This document shows positions 1-9,836 of a stretch of DNA of 64,000 nt, piece by piece. Location of the stretch: positions 19 through 64,018 of the forward strand of contig CAVRUV010000024.1 in NCBI GenBank assembly GCA_963724455.1, given 5' to 3'. Position numbers and translations under genes: made by a program. Numbering within the stretch: position 1 is the first letter of the stretch; each line of letters begins with the position of its first letter. This DNA comes from an uncultured Candidatus Woesearchaeota archaeon (GTDB lineage: Archaea > Nanobdellota > Nanobdellia > Woesearchaeales > UBA525). Below the pieces are notes generated by a model. It did not search any database and was not told where the DNA came from. It saw only the letters and a program-made list of their open reading frames with translations.

Positions 1-559
1 AAACTTCGGTGCACTCGCGAGGAAACACCTGGCCGAAGATCGCGTCCGAGTACGGCAGCGTCATCACGAACAGGGCCACTTTGGTCAGTTCGCCGTCGAG
101 CCACACGTCAGCGAATCCGAAGTCGACTTGCGCTTCGCCAGGATGATGCGACAGCGGCAGAAAGACTTCCTTGTTGCGCTGCTTCAGTCTCGCACTGCGT
201 CCTTGACGATCGTCTCACCGCCGTCATAGCCGTGCTCGTCCCGCAGTCGCTCGAAGATTCGCTTGGCCGTGTGCCGCTGCTTGCGATGCACCTGCCGATC
301 ACTTTTGAGGATCTCGTCAATGATCGGCAGGAACGGCTCCAGCTTCGATGGCCGCCGCTTCTGAGCCGATAACCCGGCGGCTCTCGTGCGTCAGGATCTT
401 CTTCAGCGTGTCCCAATGAATGTCGTACTCATCACACGCCGCCCGCTTGCTGATCTCACCGCCCAGTACGCGGCGGCGGATTTCAATCCACTTCTCCATA
501 TCCTGTAATACCTTCAACCTCGCTACTTCCTTGCCCGGCTGGTTAAGAAAACCAACCAT
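1..559 (-). pseudogene. istA: IS21-family transposase IstA remnant; runs off the window start and has multiple frameshifts
   Basis: ORF 317-559 encodes an IstA-like N-terminal HTH (MEKWIEIRRRVLGGEISKRAACDEYDIHWDTLKKILTHE). My own translation of the other two minus frames over 1-420 gives EPPGYRL, then KRRPSKLEPFLPIIDEILKSDRQVHRKQRHTAKRIFERLRDEHGYDGGETIVKDAVR, then KQRNKEVFLPLSHHPGEAQVDFGFADVWLDGELTKVALFVMTLPYSDAIF. The reading frame is therefore broken at least 3 times. Confidence 0.65.
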
Positions 560-953
560 TCTCCAAAGGAAGAAGCTGCGGTTAATCTGGCGCTATGTTT
601 TTATCCCGCCCGCCGATTTCCGCCGATAATGCTACGTTTTCTGGCCGCCGTTTACAAGAATTTGACGAATACCCTGCTCGTCGAATCCAATTGCTCGTAG
701 CGGTTGGTACAACGGGTCATCTGCAATCGCATGCTGCAGTCGCGTCGTCGCGTCGGGAGACGGTTTCTTAAAGTAAGGCCCCTCGTAAAAGACCGCAACG
801 TAAGAAGACTTGCCGTGTTTGATGAACAAGTCGAGGACGCTGGTGTGGCCGTGTCCCAAAGCAATCTATGCCGCGTTTTAGAAGTTTCTCGGATGCACGC
901 AATTAAAGAGGCTGTGGTGGTGGCGAGACCGCTGGACGAACGGGATATCCTGG

Positions 954-1283
954 ATGATATATTGGAAATCGGCGTGGTGGAGCGGGACGCCGCCAGCTTC
1001 GCTGGGCATGCAGGTGCGCAAATCCGGGCGTACCACCGGCTTAACCAGCGGCGAGATCACCGTCCTGGATGCGACCGTCTCGGTGAGCTACGGCTCGGGG
1101 CGGACAGCAACCTTTGACAACCAGATCGTCACCGGACCGATCTCCCAGGGTGGCGATTTGGGCTCGCTGGTAGTGGCTGCCAATGAGCTGAAGGCTGTGG
1201 GGCTGCTGTTTGCCGGGTCGGAGCAGAGCACCATTGTCAACCCGATCCAGGTGGTGCTGGACTGTCTGGATGTAAACATATGA
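954..1283 (+). pseudogene. C-terminal part of a chymotrypsin-fold serine-protease-like protein; the upstream part lies in another frame (704-1117)
   Basis: KSGRTTGLTSGEITVLDATVSV...FDNQIVTGPISQGGDLGSLVV resembles the S1-family substrate-pocket and GDSGS region, but the nucleophile position reads GDLGS. The plausible N-terminal continuation (ILDDILEIGVVERDAASFAG) is in the frame of ORF 704-1117. Confidence 0.3.
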
Positions 1284-1561
1284 GCGAGAATAACTCTGAA
1301 CCAACACGAGAAGATGCCACCCAGCGAGCCCAGGCGATCAAGCGAGCTTATACCAGCCAGCTGATGTCCAAAGCCAATGTGGTGGGCGTGGGCGTAGGCT
1401 TCTGCACCCGCCAGGGCCAGCGCACAGGCGATGTGGGCCTGGTGGTGATGGTCACCAGGAAGCTGCCTTCCGCACAATTGGACCCGGGGGCGGTGATTCC
1501 CCACGAGATCGAAGGCGTACCTGTGGATGTCCAGGAAGTCGGAGAGATCCGGGCGCAATGA
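1280..1561 (+). CDS. hypothetical protein, translationally coupled to the protease-like ORF
   Basis: 93-aa ORF. Its ATG overlaps the upstream stop (ATGA at 1280-1283). I recognise no motif. Confidence 0.4.
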   Translation: MSENNSEPTREDATQRAQAIKRAYTSQLMSKANVVGVGVGFCTRQGQRTGDVGLVVMVTRKLPSAQLDPGAVIPHEIEGVPVDVQEVGEIRAQ

Positions 1562-1577
1562 AAAGGAGAACAAAGCA

Positions 1578-1649
1578 ATGACCGAGAGCACATATAAAAT
1601 CATCACCCTGATTGGCACCAGCACTGAATCACTGGAGAACGGGATCCAG
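1578..1649 (+). pseudogene. dodecin-like protein, N-terminal ~24 codons only; truncated at junction 1
   Basis: MTESTYKIITLIGTSTESLENGIQ matches the dodecin N-terminal pattern (YKxxxLxGTSxxxxExAIQ). After ~1649 the frame reads antisense of the next gene. Confidence 0.4.
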
Positions 1650-2603
1650 TACCAGGGGGCGTATTTTGGTGCGCAGGAAGTGGTCCGGGCAACTCGTACC
1701 CAGTCGGGCCAGCCGGGGCAGGTCGTTGGAATTCACAAACTCCAGCACCCGCTCGTCGTCCGTGAAGTGGCCAATCATCTGCCGATGGCCGGAGGCCAGT
1801 CCCCGCAGGGTGGGCATTAGCGATGCCGCCTGCTCTTTCCGCGCCTGTACATCCAGGCTCTGACCAGCGGGACCACCGAAAACGGGGCGTTTCTTACCGA
1901 AATTGGCATTCAGGTATTCCGACGCCTGCTCGATCACTTCCAGCGTGTTCATGTAGGACTCGTAGGACGTGTCGCCCCAGGTGAACAGGCCGTGTCCGCC
2001 CAGAATAACGCCCCGCAGGTTGGGGTTGGCCCGTACGGTTTCTTCCAGTTTCAGGCCCAGGTCGAAGCCGGGACGCTGCCACGGAAGCCACGCCATGGTA
2101 TCCCCCCAGATCTCGTGCATGATGGCTTCCCCGTCCTTACTGGCGGCAATGGCAATTAGCGCATCGGGGTGGAGGTGGTCAATATGTTTAAAGGGTAGCA
2201 GACCGTGCAGCGGGGTATCAATGGACGGCGCGGCACACTTGGGGTCGAACAAAGTGTGGTTGAACAACTCCACCATTTCATCTTCATGCTCCAGCCCCCG
2301 GTACCGTTTTTTCAACGCCTGCAGCCGCTCCACGTACAGGTTGGCGCAGCCTTTTTTGGTGAGCGTACCAATGTCTCCCCCGGAGCCTTTTACCCACATC
2401 ACCTCCACGGGTTCGCCCGATACAGGGTTTGTTTCCATTACCTTCACCGAGGTATTTCCGCCGGCGTAGTTGGTCAACCGAAGGTCGGCACCGAGCAGGT
2501 TGGAGCGGTAGATAAACAGCGCGACTTCATCGCCCGCCAGTTCAGCGGCTTTTTTATCGTCCCAGAGGTAACTAACGTAGTTGAACGCCTGTGTCGTGTT
2601 CAT
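1644..2603 (-). CDS. bifunctional rhamnulose-1-phosphate aldolase/short-chain dehydrogenase, N-terminal aldolase half only (3' end cut at junction 1)
   Basis: The 324-aa ORF starts MNTTQAFNYVSYLWDDKKAAELAGDEVALFIYRSNLLGADLRLTNYAGGNTS and ends at ...SCPDHFLRTKIRPLVLD. Full-length members are about 700 aa with a C-terminal SDR domain that is absent here. It lies next to rhaT. Confidence 0.75.
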
Positions 2604-3005
2604 AGATAAGAAGTAAGTAGTATTCGTCTGATAACTTGTTTTGAAACAAAGTACATACCTGCCGTTTTCTCCTGCTTCATGTACTCTCCTGTTGTGTGAA
2701 CAAAATAACCGGGTGCTCCCGGCACGTGTACGTACAGGAGAGAACAGGTAAGTTCCAGCACCGGGTCAGGATAAATTTGTAAAAAATCTACCGGCAAGTG
2801 ACTGTACCCTTCGCTCAACCCCCAGCTTTACCTGACTTGGTCACAGTCAACGGACTGTCAAACGTATTTTCGCTCCCTCAACCGGTTTCTGAGCGTCTCA
2901 CCAACGACAAAGATTTGGCATTGAGTCGGTCAGAATCTGGACACATCAACCTACAGATCATACCGGTTACCAACGATTTAAAACAGTATCGTAATTGATT
3001 TCTTT

Positions 3006-4058
3006 ATGCAAGTTCTGATTGGCATCATTTACCACACGATTGGTGGTGGTTTTTCGGGTAGCTTTTACATGCCCTATAACAAAGTAAAAGGCTGGGCTTG
3101 GGAAAGCTTCTGGATTGTTGGGGGTCTTTTTTCCTGGCTCATTGTCCCTCCCCTGGCAGCCTACTTAACCATCCCCGATTTTGGGGCTATCATTGCCTCG
3201 GCGGCTATGAATGTGAAGATGCTCACCTTCGTATTTGGTTTGCTTTGGGGCATCGGCGGGCTGACGTATGGTCTGGGCGTTCGCTACCTGGGCATGTCGC
3301 TGGGGAACTCCGTCGTACTGGGATTCAGCTCGGCGTTCGGTGCCTTGGTACCGTCCATCTATTATAACATGAACCCGGTTGAAGGGAAAGTCTCGTTTAC
3401 CGATATGCTGGGCTCGAGCGGGGGGCAGTTGGTGTTGCTGGGCGTACTGTGTTGCCTCGTTGGTATTGCCATATCAGGTAAAGCCGGTATGATGAAGGAG
3501 AATGAGCTGTCGGAAGCCGAGAAGAAAGCGTCCGTCAAAGAGTTTAGCTTGGTGAAGGGTCTGATCATTGCCGTGATCTCCGGTATTCTGAGTGCCTTCT
3601 TCAACTATGGCATCGAAGCGGGCAAACCCCTGGCCGATCAGGCTGTGGTGCAGGGTAGTAATCCACTGTTTCAGAATAACGTAACCTACGTGGTGCTGTT
3701 ATGGGGAGGCCTGACCACCAATTTTTTGTGGTGCATGTACCTGAACGCCAAAAACAAAACTTTCTCCGATTACACCAACACCCGGACGCCCATTCTGGCC
3801 AATGTGCTTTTTTCGGCCACCGCTGGTACCATGTGGTTTCTCCAGTTTTTTTTCTACGGGATGGGTGAAAGTAAGCTGGGCAATGGGGCCAGTTCCTGGA
3901 TTACGCACATGGCTACTATCATTCTGACCGCTAATATGTGGGGCTTGTACCTGAAGGAATGGAAGGGGGTGTCGGCCGCTACCTTCCGCACGTTTATTAT
4001 CGGCATTATCGTGATTCTTGTTTCAATCGTTTTGGTGGGAATCGGCAATGCCCTTTGA
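3006..4058 (+). CDS. rhaT: L-rhamnose/H+ symporter RhaT family
   Basis: 350 aa, about 10 TM segments. The N-terminus MQVLIGIIYHTIGGGFSGSFYMPYNKVKGWAWESFW is typical of RhaT, and the gene is adjacent to the rhamnulose-1-P aldolase gene. Confidence 0.8.
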   Translation: MQVLIGIIYHTIGGGFSGSFYMPYNKVKGWAWESFWIVGGLFSWLIVPPLAAYLTIPDFGAIIASAAMNVKMLTFVFGLLWGIGGLTYGLGVRYLGMSLGNSVVLGFSSAFGALVPSIYYNMNPVEGKVSFTDMLGSSGGQLVLLGVLCCLVGIAISGKAGMMKENELSEAEKKASVKEFSLVKGLIIAVISGILSAFFNYGIEAGKPLADQAVVQGSNPLFQNNVTYVVLLWGGLTTNFLWCMYLNAKNKTFSDYTNTRTPILANVLFSATAGTMWFLQFFFYGMGESKLGNGASSWITHMATIILTANMWGLYLKEWKGVSAATFRTFIIGIIVILVSIVLVGIGNAL

Positions 4059-4116
4059 GCAGCGAATGAACTTATCAGCACCACTGACGCAACTAACCTC
4101 ATTTATCCTCAACCCA

Positions 4117-4584
4117 TTACCCTCTCCACAACCGGGGTTCTAACTGAATAGCCTGCTGACTATCAATCCGTACCTGACTGAACTGAGGATGGTTCGGGTG
4201 AATGAGGTAATTCCAGGAAACCGATAAAACAGCCGATGGAACGGCGAGAACAAGGTCAGCAGGGGTTTGTAGCCACTCCCAAAAATATGTTTGCGTAACG
4301 GGTATCTGCTCCGGCTGATCCCAGTTGTACGGTAGTTGTGTTGGGTCAACCCACCGGATAGCATCATCAGGCACGTAGAGATTAAATAGACGCATGGCTG
4401 GTAGGTCATCATACCGAACAGCCGGGAAATGCACCATGATTTCCAGGAGTGCCAGGGCCGGTGAAGAACTGGTATACAGAATGCCCAGTCCAGTAGGATT
4501 CCAGCGACCGGGTGCCTTTTCAGCCCCTATTACTGATAGGGGATCAGTCCAGTACGGTTCTTTCAGGATTCGGTAAACATCCAT
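4117..4584 (-). CDS. RES-domain toxin (NAD+-targeting type II TA toxin family)
   Basis: RES-domain-like sequence (GRWNPTGLGILYTSSSPALALLEIMVH...). The likely start is MDVYRIL at 4584, forming a TAATG overlap with the upstream antitoxin stop. Confidence 0.75.
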   Translation of the reverse strand: MDVYRILKEPYWTDPLSVIGAEKAPGRWNPTGLGILYTSSSPALALLEIMVHFPAVRYDDLPAMRLFNLYVPDDAIRWVDPTQLPYNWDQPEQIPVTQTYFWEWLQTPADLVLAVPSAVLSVSWNYLIHPNHPQFSQVRIDSQQAIQLEPRLWRG

Positions 4585-5144
4585 TAGCTGTACACACCTG
4601 CTTCGATGCGGATACACACATCATCCACTAACCCTATCCCCGTTGTCGTGTTAAGCAACGATATCGGAGTAGGGTACGGACGCGGTGGACTGGCGGGTTC
4701 AGCCTGGGGATTCTGTTCATTCCGTATCCGGGCAGCCTCCATCAAATCATACGGTCCAGCTTTGGTACTCATTTCAGCCAGAGGTTTGGGCGAAGCGGAC
4801 GGAGTTACAGGAAAATAACCCGTTTGGGAAGAGGCCAGTTCGGGCAGGGGCGTTCGGAGCCATTGCGTAAAGGCTTTTTTGTTTTGGTCAAAAACAGCCA
4901 GACCATGCTGAAACAATGCTCGCAACAAAATCAGATGCTCTGAAATCAGGATAGAGAACTCCCCCTTTGTCGTTTTGAAGATTGCCCTTTCGGTCAAACC
5001 GATGAGCGAGGCAATTTCTTTTTTACTCAACCCACTAAGAGACGCTACTTCATCCACCAGATCGCGGGACACTTTCTGCTGAGCTTGCCGTATAATATCG
5101 CCCCCGGCGTTCGCATGACTAGGTCTGTTTCGAGCCTGAACCAT
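4584..5144 (-). CDS. Xre/MbcA/ParS-type antitoxin (HTH plus DUF2384-like)
   Basis: LSKKEIASLIGLTERAIFKTTKGEFSILISEHLILLRALFQHGLAVFDQNKKAFTQWLRTP is the HTH/DUF2384 pattern. The gene is 1-nt overlap-coupled to the RES gene. Confidence 0.65.
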   Translation of the reverse strand: MVQARNRPSHANAGGDIIRQAQQKVSRDLVDEVASLSGLSKKEIASLIGLTERAIFKTTKGEFSILISEHLILLRALFQHGLAVFDQNKKAFTQWLRTPLPELASSQTGYFPVTPSASPKPLAEMSTKAGPYDLMEAARIRNEQNPQAEPASPPRPYPTPISLLNTTTGIGLVDDVCIRIEAGVYS

Positions 5145-5549
5145 ATAGATGACTTTATCACTGTAAATTAATACTGAACTTTTCCTCTAATTTACCACAA
5201 AAGTTCAGTAAGCAAAATCGTCAACCAATTTCGGCCCGGTACACTTTATTTCCGCTTCAAACGGCTTTGAGGCACTTTACCTGCCCGAATGGAACGAAAC
5301 AAGCAGTACGTAAGGGTAACCTTATCCTGTTGATCCCCCCTACACTGATCGTGGAAATTGGTAACTACGGGGCGAAGAAACGAAGATATTGTTTCTTCCG
5401 AAGCTGTTTTTTGGCGCATATTTCCCCTTAATTTGAGCCCTACAAACTGGGCTCAGGTCAATTGACAGCCACTTGAACGGCAGGTCAGTGTCAGTCTAAA
5501 AGCCTTTCATTACTTTCTTAATTTGGGTCAAGAATAACCAGCTTTTGCT

Positions 5550-6749
5550 ATGAATGCATCTCTGATAACACCACCGGCCGACGTGGTAAAGGCTCGTTCG
5601 GCTACTCAGTTGATTTTCCTGGTTTGCGGCTTAGGGATGGCTAGTTGGGCACCGATGGTTCCCTATGCCAAAGACCGGCTCGCCCTGAATGACGCCAACC
5701 TGGGCTTGTTGTTATTGTTGTTAGGCGCTGGAGCCATGGTGATGATGCCTACTTCGGGTTGGCTGGTAAGCCGGTTTGGCAGCCGTCTGGTCATGGGTTG
5801 TGCGGTGCTGATCATGGCGCTTGCGCTGCCGCTGCTGTTACTCCTCTCCTCCCCTGCGGCCATGGCCATAGCGCTCTTTATATTTGGTTCCGGCATCGGT
5901 GCTGTTGATGTGGCCATGAATGCGCACGGCGTACAGGTACAAAACCTGTTTGGGAGACCTATTATGTCGTCTTTACACGGACTCTTTAGTGTGGGAGGTC
6001 TGTTTGGCTCGCTGGGGTTAGGCTTTTTAATCAGGCTGGGCCTAAACCCCATTTATGCAATTGTTGGTATTGCCGTGTTGATGGTCATCATCACTTTAAG
6101 CCAGTACAGACATTTATTTGCTGCCGATGATGAGCGACAGATTATGGCTAAATTTTCTACGCTGCACGAAAAGCCAGCGGACGGTAAGCAGCCGTTTACC
6201 TGGATGCACAGCAGTGTACTGTTTCTGGGGCTGATGTGCTTTTCGGTTTTTTTAGCTGAAGGGGCCATTCTCGACTGGAGTGCCATCTTTTTGCGCGATA
6301 GCAAAGGCATTGACGTGGAGCTGGCCGGGGCTGGCTACGCAGCCTTTTCAGTCGCCATGGCAACCATGCGCTTAGTGGGCGATAAACTGGTGTCCCGGCT
6401 GAGTGGTAAACTGGTCGTAGTGGGGGGCAGTTTGCTGGGGGCAGCTGGTTTGTTAATCGCTATTCTGAGTCCCTGGGTATGGGGCGGACTAGCTGGCTTT
6501 GTGCTACTGGGCCTGGGAGCGGCCAATATTGTACCGGTATTTTTCAGCGCGGCTGGTACATTGCCCGGTATCTCGCCAACGGTAAGCATACCGGCCATCA
6601 CAACTATAGGCTATACTGGTCTACTGGCGGGTCCGGCTTTGCTCGGTTTTATTGCCTACCATTTTTCATTATCTATGGCTTTGGGGTTCACCGCTTTGCT
6701 GTTGGTGTTCGTGGCGATAGGGTATCAATTACGGGGCAAAGCGAATTAA
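5550..6749 (+). CDS. MFS transporter
   Basis: 399 aa, about 12 hydrophobic segments, two-halves architecture. Confidence 0.75.
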   Translation: MNASLITPPADVVKARSATQLIFLVCGLGMASWAPMVPYAKDRLALNDANLGLLLLLLGAGAMVMMPTSGWLVSRFGSRLVMGCAVLIMALALPLLLLLSSPAAMAIALFIFGSGIGAVDVAMNAHGVQVQNLFGRPIMSSLHGLFSVGGLFGSLGLGFLIRLGLNPIYAIVGIAVLMVIITLSQYRHLFAADDERQIMAKFSTLHEKPADGKQPFTWMHSSVLFLGLMCFSVFLAEGAILDWSAIFLRDSKGIDVELAGAGYAAFSVAMATMRLVGDKLVSRLSGKLVVVGGSLLGAAGLLIAILSPWVWGGLAGFVLLGLGAANIVPVFFSAAGTLPGISPTVSIPAITTIGYTGLLAGPALLGFIAYHFSLSMALGFTALLLVFVAIGYQLRGKAN

Positions 6750-6974
6750 GTTTAGCCCGGGAAATATCTCTTCATAACGGCGCAGTTGCCGGACCAGGCT
6801 ACAATAGCCCGGCTTTGCCAACTCCACCCCGCTCGGTCAATCCGGAACGTATTCGTAGACTATACCGTCTACAAACCACCATGCGTACCGTTTACCGGCA
6901 TTGCCTTCTTACAGAGCGAACAAAGTGTAGTTTTGCGGGGAAAGTGGTTAATCTATTTCGTCAATAAACGGCAC

Positions 6975-7661
6975 TCAGGCCGGTACGCTTATTAGCTGAT
7001 GGGCCAGGTCGGTCAACGTCTTACCCTGCAAATCGGGGGGGGAGGCAAGGGGGTATAGCGACTGTCCATTGCGGTGTATAAAGGCCGTTTTCATGCCCCC
7101 ATGAGCCGCACCGGCAATATCCCAGCCGTGGGCGGCTATCAGCATGGTCTGGTCCGGGAGTAGGTTCAGTTTGTGCAGCACCTGACCGTAGGTGTCGGGG
7201 TGTGGTTTGTAACGTTTTACGGCATTTACTGTCCAGGTTGCTTCGAAGTAAGAACCCAGCCCGGTGGCCTCCATCTGCTTTTTCAGCGTTTCGTCGGGGG
7301 AGTTAGTGAGGGTAAAAAGGCGGAATCCAGCCTCTTTCAACAGCGACAATCCCTCCTCTACATCCGGGTGAGGCTCCACCTTAAGCATCGTTTGCAGGAG
7401 GGCCGATTTCTTTTCTGCCGGCAGCGCGTGCCCGAAAAACTCCTCCGTCATGGATAAAACGGCTTCGCCAATCTGCTTGAAATCATGAAACTGACCGGTG
7501 AGCGTATCCACCAGTGAATACTGCAACAGCAATTGAAACCAGTACGTAAAGGCATAGTCGTTCCGGAAAGTCTGGTTAAAAGCGTCCCGGACCCTGCTCA
7601 GGTCCAGCAGGGTTTCATTCACGTCAAAAATGAGGGCTTCAGGGCGGGTTGTCAGTTTCAT
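6975..7661 (-). CDS. HAD-superfamily hydrolase, type II haloacid dehalogenase-like
   Basis: HAD motif I (LIFDVNETLLDL), motif II (TLTNS), and a C-terminal region (MLIAAHGWDIAGAAHGGMKTAFI). Confidence 0.75.
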   Translation of the reverse strand: MKLTTRPEALIFDVNETLLDLSRVRDAFNQTFRNDYAFTYWFQLLLQYSLVDTLTGQFHDFKQIGEAVLSMTEEFFGHALPAEKKSALLQTMLKVEPHPDVEEGLSLLKEAGFRLFTLTNSPDETLKKQMEATGLGSYFEATWTVNAVKRYKPHPDTYGQVLHKLNLLPDQTMLIAAHGWDIAGAAHGGMKTAFIHRNGQSLYPLASPPDLQGKTLTDLAHQLISVPA

Positions 7662-7890
7662 ATGCAGGCGAAGTGTTTGCTCAGGTAACCGGAGAAGGGG
7701 CCAAATTGATTAGAAAACAACGCATTTTCTGGATTTTAGCCGGAGTACCGATTAGTCAATAGAACACCCGGCACATCGTTTCCGGCACGCCCCCCCCTTC
7801 CGGCAAGCGAATGGAGGGCGTACCGGAACCAGTCAGGATTTAAACACTATAGGACGAAGTTCCGTTGTTTTTGTTTCGCTCCTCACGTAT

Positions 7891-9729
7891 ATGGAAACCA
7901 AGTACACCAACAACAGTTTTTCGGCCAGCCGCCCGGAAAAGGCCCCCATTGCCGAGTCGATCAACGAACTTCCCCGGGCGGTTCTTCGGCCAAACACCTA
8001 TATGCTGCTTGACGGAGAATGGCGGTTTATGATTGACCCCGACGATCGGGGAATTCACGACCAGTGGTACGTCGGCCATCCCTTTACCGAAACGGCTAAC
8101 TGGCCCGGCTCCATAGAAGCCCACATGGCGCAGGCCAAAGGACAGGCAGCACCTATGGGCTGGCAGGATAAAATTGTGGCCTGGTACGAACGGGAATTTC
8201 CCCACCCTCAGCGCAGTGAACCGGCTTCCCACTCCATCATTCAGCTCACGTTTGGTGCCTGTGGCTACGAAACCCGCGTGTGGCTCAACGGGCATCCACT
8301 CCGCACCATCGAAGATGAGGAAGTGCATTTAGGTGCATATACTTCCTTTTCGTACGAACTACCTGAAGAGTACCTGCACGAGCAAAACCGGCTTACCGTC
8401 CGGATTGCCGACACGATGGATGCCGAAACCACGCGGGGCAAACAGGAGTCGCACGTTTACAAACGCGGTGGCATCTGGTATCAGACCTACTCGGGAGCGG
8501 TGCGCAGCGTCTGGCTCGAATCGGTGGAGCGGAACCGGCTACGCTCGCGGGTGGGTGTCGTCAGCGTGGTGGAGGACCGGCTGGTTCGCTTTAGTCTAAC
8601 GACCCGCATCCATGACCCCGGCGACTATATACTGCGCCTGAAGGCCTATGATCATTATGGAACCGAACTGCTGGCCACATCCGACTACCCACTCCGGCTG
8701 GAAGCCGGGCAAAAGCAGCAACGCGTTGTACTCGATATAAACCAGGCAGAGCTGTGGTCGCCCGAAACCCCCACGCGCTACAAGCTCATTGCGCAACTCA
8801 TCGACTCCGGGGGCTATGCGGCCGAGATAGAAACGCAGTTTGGCCTGCGAAAAATTGAAGCCCGGGGTCGCTACATCTATCTGAACAACCAGTCGGTTTA
8901 CCTCGACGGCATTCTGTATCAGCCGGGTACGGCTACGTACGAAGAAATGAAGCGACACATGCAGGCCATGAAAGAGCTGGGCTGCAATCTGGTACGGGTT
9001 CACATTGCCGGGGTCGACCCCCGCATTTACAACCTGGCGGATAAGCTGGGTCTTATGCTCTGGGTTGAAGTTCCGAGTCCGCATAGTTCAACGACGCAAA
9101 GTCGTATAAACCACCAGGCCGAACTGCTGCGCATGGTATCATTGATCAGCTCCCACCCCTCCGTGGTGATCTGGAGCCTTTACAATGAAGACTGGGGCGC
9201 TCAGGACATAGCCACCAACCCGGAAACCAGGCAGTACATCATCGATATGTACCACTACATGCAGATTGCCTACCCGCAGTACCTGGTTGTTGATAATGAC
9301 GGGTGGCAACACGTTTCGTGGGAAGGCCGGCTTAAATCGGATCTGCTCACCGCTCATCTTTATACGCCGGACCTCAACCATTGGCGCGACCTTCTCCGCC
9401 GGCTGGAAGCGGGTGAACTGACGAACGTAGCCGCTTACCCGCTGGTAGTTGGCGATCCGTTTTTCTACCGGGGACAGGTACCACTCATCGTCAGTGAATG
9501 GGGTGGTTTCGGCTTTGCCAACTACGGCGGACCCGAAGAAGCCGAAGGGCGGGCCGAGCGCATCCAGCTCTTCAAACGGGAACTGCGACAGGGCTCCATT
9601 GCCGGCGATATCTACACGCAGGCAACCAACATTGAAGAAGAACGCAATGGGATAATCGACCCCCAAACGGGCGAACTAACCGTACCGGCGGGTTTATTGA
9701 ACTCCCGGGATACGGGCAATGTAGTGTAG
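7891..9729 (+). CDS. glycoside hydrolase family 2-like (beta-galactosidase/glucuronidase fold)
   Basis: 612 aa. It has a sugar-binding N-domain pattern (GYETRVWLNGHPL), a TIM-barrel region (NLVRVHIAG...WSLYNEDWG) and a later SEWGGFG. Confidence 0.65.
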   Translation: METKYTNNSFSASRPEKAPIAESINELPRAVLRPNTYMLLDGEWRFMIDPDDRGIHDQWYVGHPFTETANWPGSIEAHMAQAKGQAAPMGWQDKIVAWYEREFPHPQRSEPASHSIIQLTFGACGYETRVWLNGHPLRTIEDEEVHLGAYTSFSYELPEEYLHEQNRLTVRIADTMDAETTRGKQESHVYKRGGIWYQTYSGAVRSVWLESVERNRLRSRVGVVSVVEDRLVRFSLTTRIHDPGDYILRLKAYDHYGTELLATSDYPLRLEAGQKQQRVVLDINQAELWSPETPTRYKLIAQLIDSGGYAAEIETQFGLRKIEARGRYIYLNNQSVYLDGILYQPGTATYEEMKRHMQAMKELGCNLVRVHIAGVDPRIYNLADKLGLMLWVEVPSPHSSTTQSRINHQAELLRMVSLISSHPSVVIWSLYNEDWGAQDIATNPETRQYIIDMYHYMQIAYPQYLVVDNDGWQHVSWEGRLKSDLLTAHLYTPDLNHWRDLLRRLEAGELTNVAAYPLVVGDPFFYRGQVPLIVSEWGGFGFANYGGPEEAEGRAERIQLFKRELRQGSIAGDIYTQATNIEEERNGIIDPQTGELTVPAGLLNSRDTGNVV

Positions 9730-9763
9730 GCATCATTCACGGTTCTTACGAACGTAGTCAGTC

Positions 9764-9810
9764 AAAGGGGGTTGGTCCCACCACAACTCGTGGCGGGACC
9801 AACCCCCTTT
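9764..9810. terminator. bidirectional intrinsic terminator hairpin between convergent genes
   Basis: AAAGGGGGTTGGTCCC (9764-9779) is the exact reverse complement of GGGACCAACCCCCTTT (9795-9810). It sits between the stops of the GH2 gene (9729) and the dienelactone hydrolase gene (9837). Confidence 0.8.
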
Positions 9811-9836
9811 AGGTACCGGCATTGACCGGCCGCAAT

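Noticed and set aside
108-416. The track's 102-aa ORF as an independent gene.
   Set aside because: It contains the IstA-like string EPPGYRL and otherwise reads as out-of-frame translation of the IS21 istA remnant. It is part of the pseudogene.
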